NCBI GenBank assembly: GCA_002269645.1
Contig: NIVC01000153.1
Span: 124,001-188,000, forward strand
Direction: 5' to 3'
Length of the DNA stretch: 64,000 bases
Origin: Macrostomum lignano
Lineage: Eukaryota
In this document: one piece after another, positions 63,386 to 64,000 of the stretch
How positions within the stretch are numbered: the first letter of the stretch is position 1
Layout of the letters: each line of letters opens with the position of its first letter
The notes under the pieces: model-generated
Databases searched by the model: none
What the model was told of the DNA's origin: nothing
The model's input: the letters and a program-made list of their open reading frames with translations, nothing else
Position numbers and translations under genes: made by a program

Positions 63386-64000
63386 CAGAGTGTAGTCAGG
63401 CTCTCCAGAGGCCATGAGCTGCAGCAGGTAGGTCACGGGCTCATCAAGCTGCTGCTGCAACTGCCAGTCAATCCGGCAGGATGTCTCAGTCAAGCCAGAC
63501 ACTCGCGGCGGCTTTGGCGCAGGCGGCACAGCTCGATCTGTAACAAATCTGACTGGCTCCGAATAGTCGCCGAAGCCCGAAGAGTTCGCCGCCCTAATCC
63601 GAAACAGATAGGCGGTCCGATCAGTTAGCCGAGCAACTCTCGCCGCCAGCGCCGGTCCGTGATACACCAACTGCCAGCTGGGCTCCGCGCCATCCAGCGC
63701 CGCTTCCACTTGGTACTGAGGCCAATCCGATGACGATGAAGCTGCTGCAGCCGACGCCGCTGAAGCTGACGATGACGAGGAGGACGCGGCTGCTGACGAC
63801 CAGCGCAGTTTGAGCCAGTCGGCGGCCCGATGGGCGCACTCTAAACGGTTCGGCGGCGGCGGCGGCAGCGGCCCAGTGACGGCTTTGCAGACTGGCGACA
63901 TTGGGCCCGGGCCGATGCTGTTGTAGGCTCGGACTCGAATCCGATAGAGGGTGTCTGGCCGGAGGCTCGATATGGTGTACTCGCACTGGTCCGGGCTCAC
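63386..64000 (-). CDS. FNDC3: FNDC3-like protein internal exon with tandem fibronectin type III repeats (5' truncated by window)
   Basis: YTISSLRPDTLYRIRVRAYNSIGPGPMS; WLKLRW...YLFRIRAANSSGFGDYSEP; CTG|GTATGC donor, phase 0. Confidence 0.88.

Overview
Eukaryotic (invertebrate animal) genomic DNA with spliceosomal introns. The GC-rich exons, poly-Ala/Ser/Gln runs and extreme minisatellite load suggest a free-living flatworm such as Macrostomum; this is an inference and was not verified. Seven consecutive + strand genes are present: ataxin-3 (first exon not located), mitochondrial ribosomal protein S14, a 6-exon S9-family serine peptidase, a RING/B-box/coiled-coil/PHD TIF1-like TRIM, IMP3, DAXX and a 2-exon class A peptide-type GPCR. 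They are followed by the convergent 3' end of an FNDC3-like gene on the - strand. Roughly half of the window (about 31 kb by hand tally) is tandem repeat, made of more than 30 different arrays, each with its own unit. Twelve of the 13 coding-region introns carry such an array. Also present are a deleted mariner, several MITE-like inverted-repeat elements, a probable hAT remnant, a probable tRNA-derived SINE and a 64-bp 28S rDNA island centred on the R2/I-PpoI site. The most notable patterns are the intron-private minisatellites (several carrying splice-acceptor decoys), a flip of array C/G skew that follows gene orientation, acceptor-like signals just upstream of start codons in a tight same-strand cluster (possible SL-trans-spliced operon), and two apparent 1-nt frameshifts. 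No prokaryotic systems or CRISPR arrays were found.
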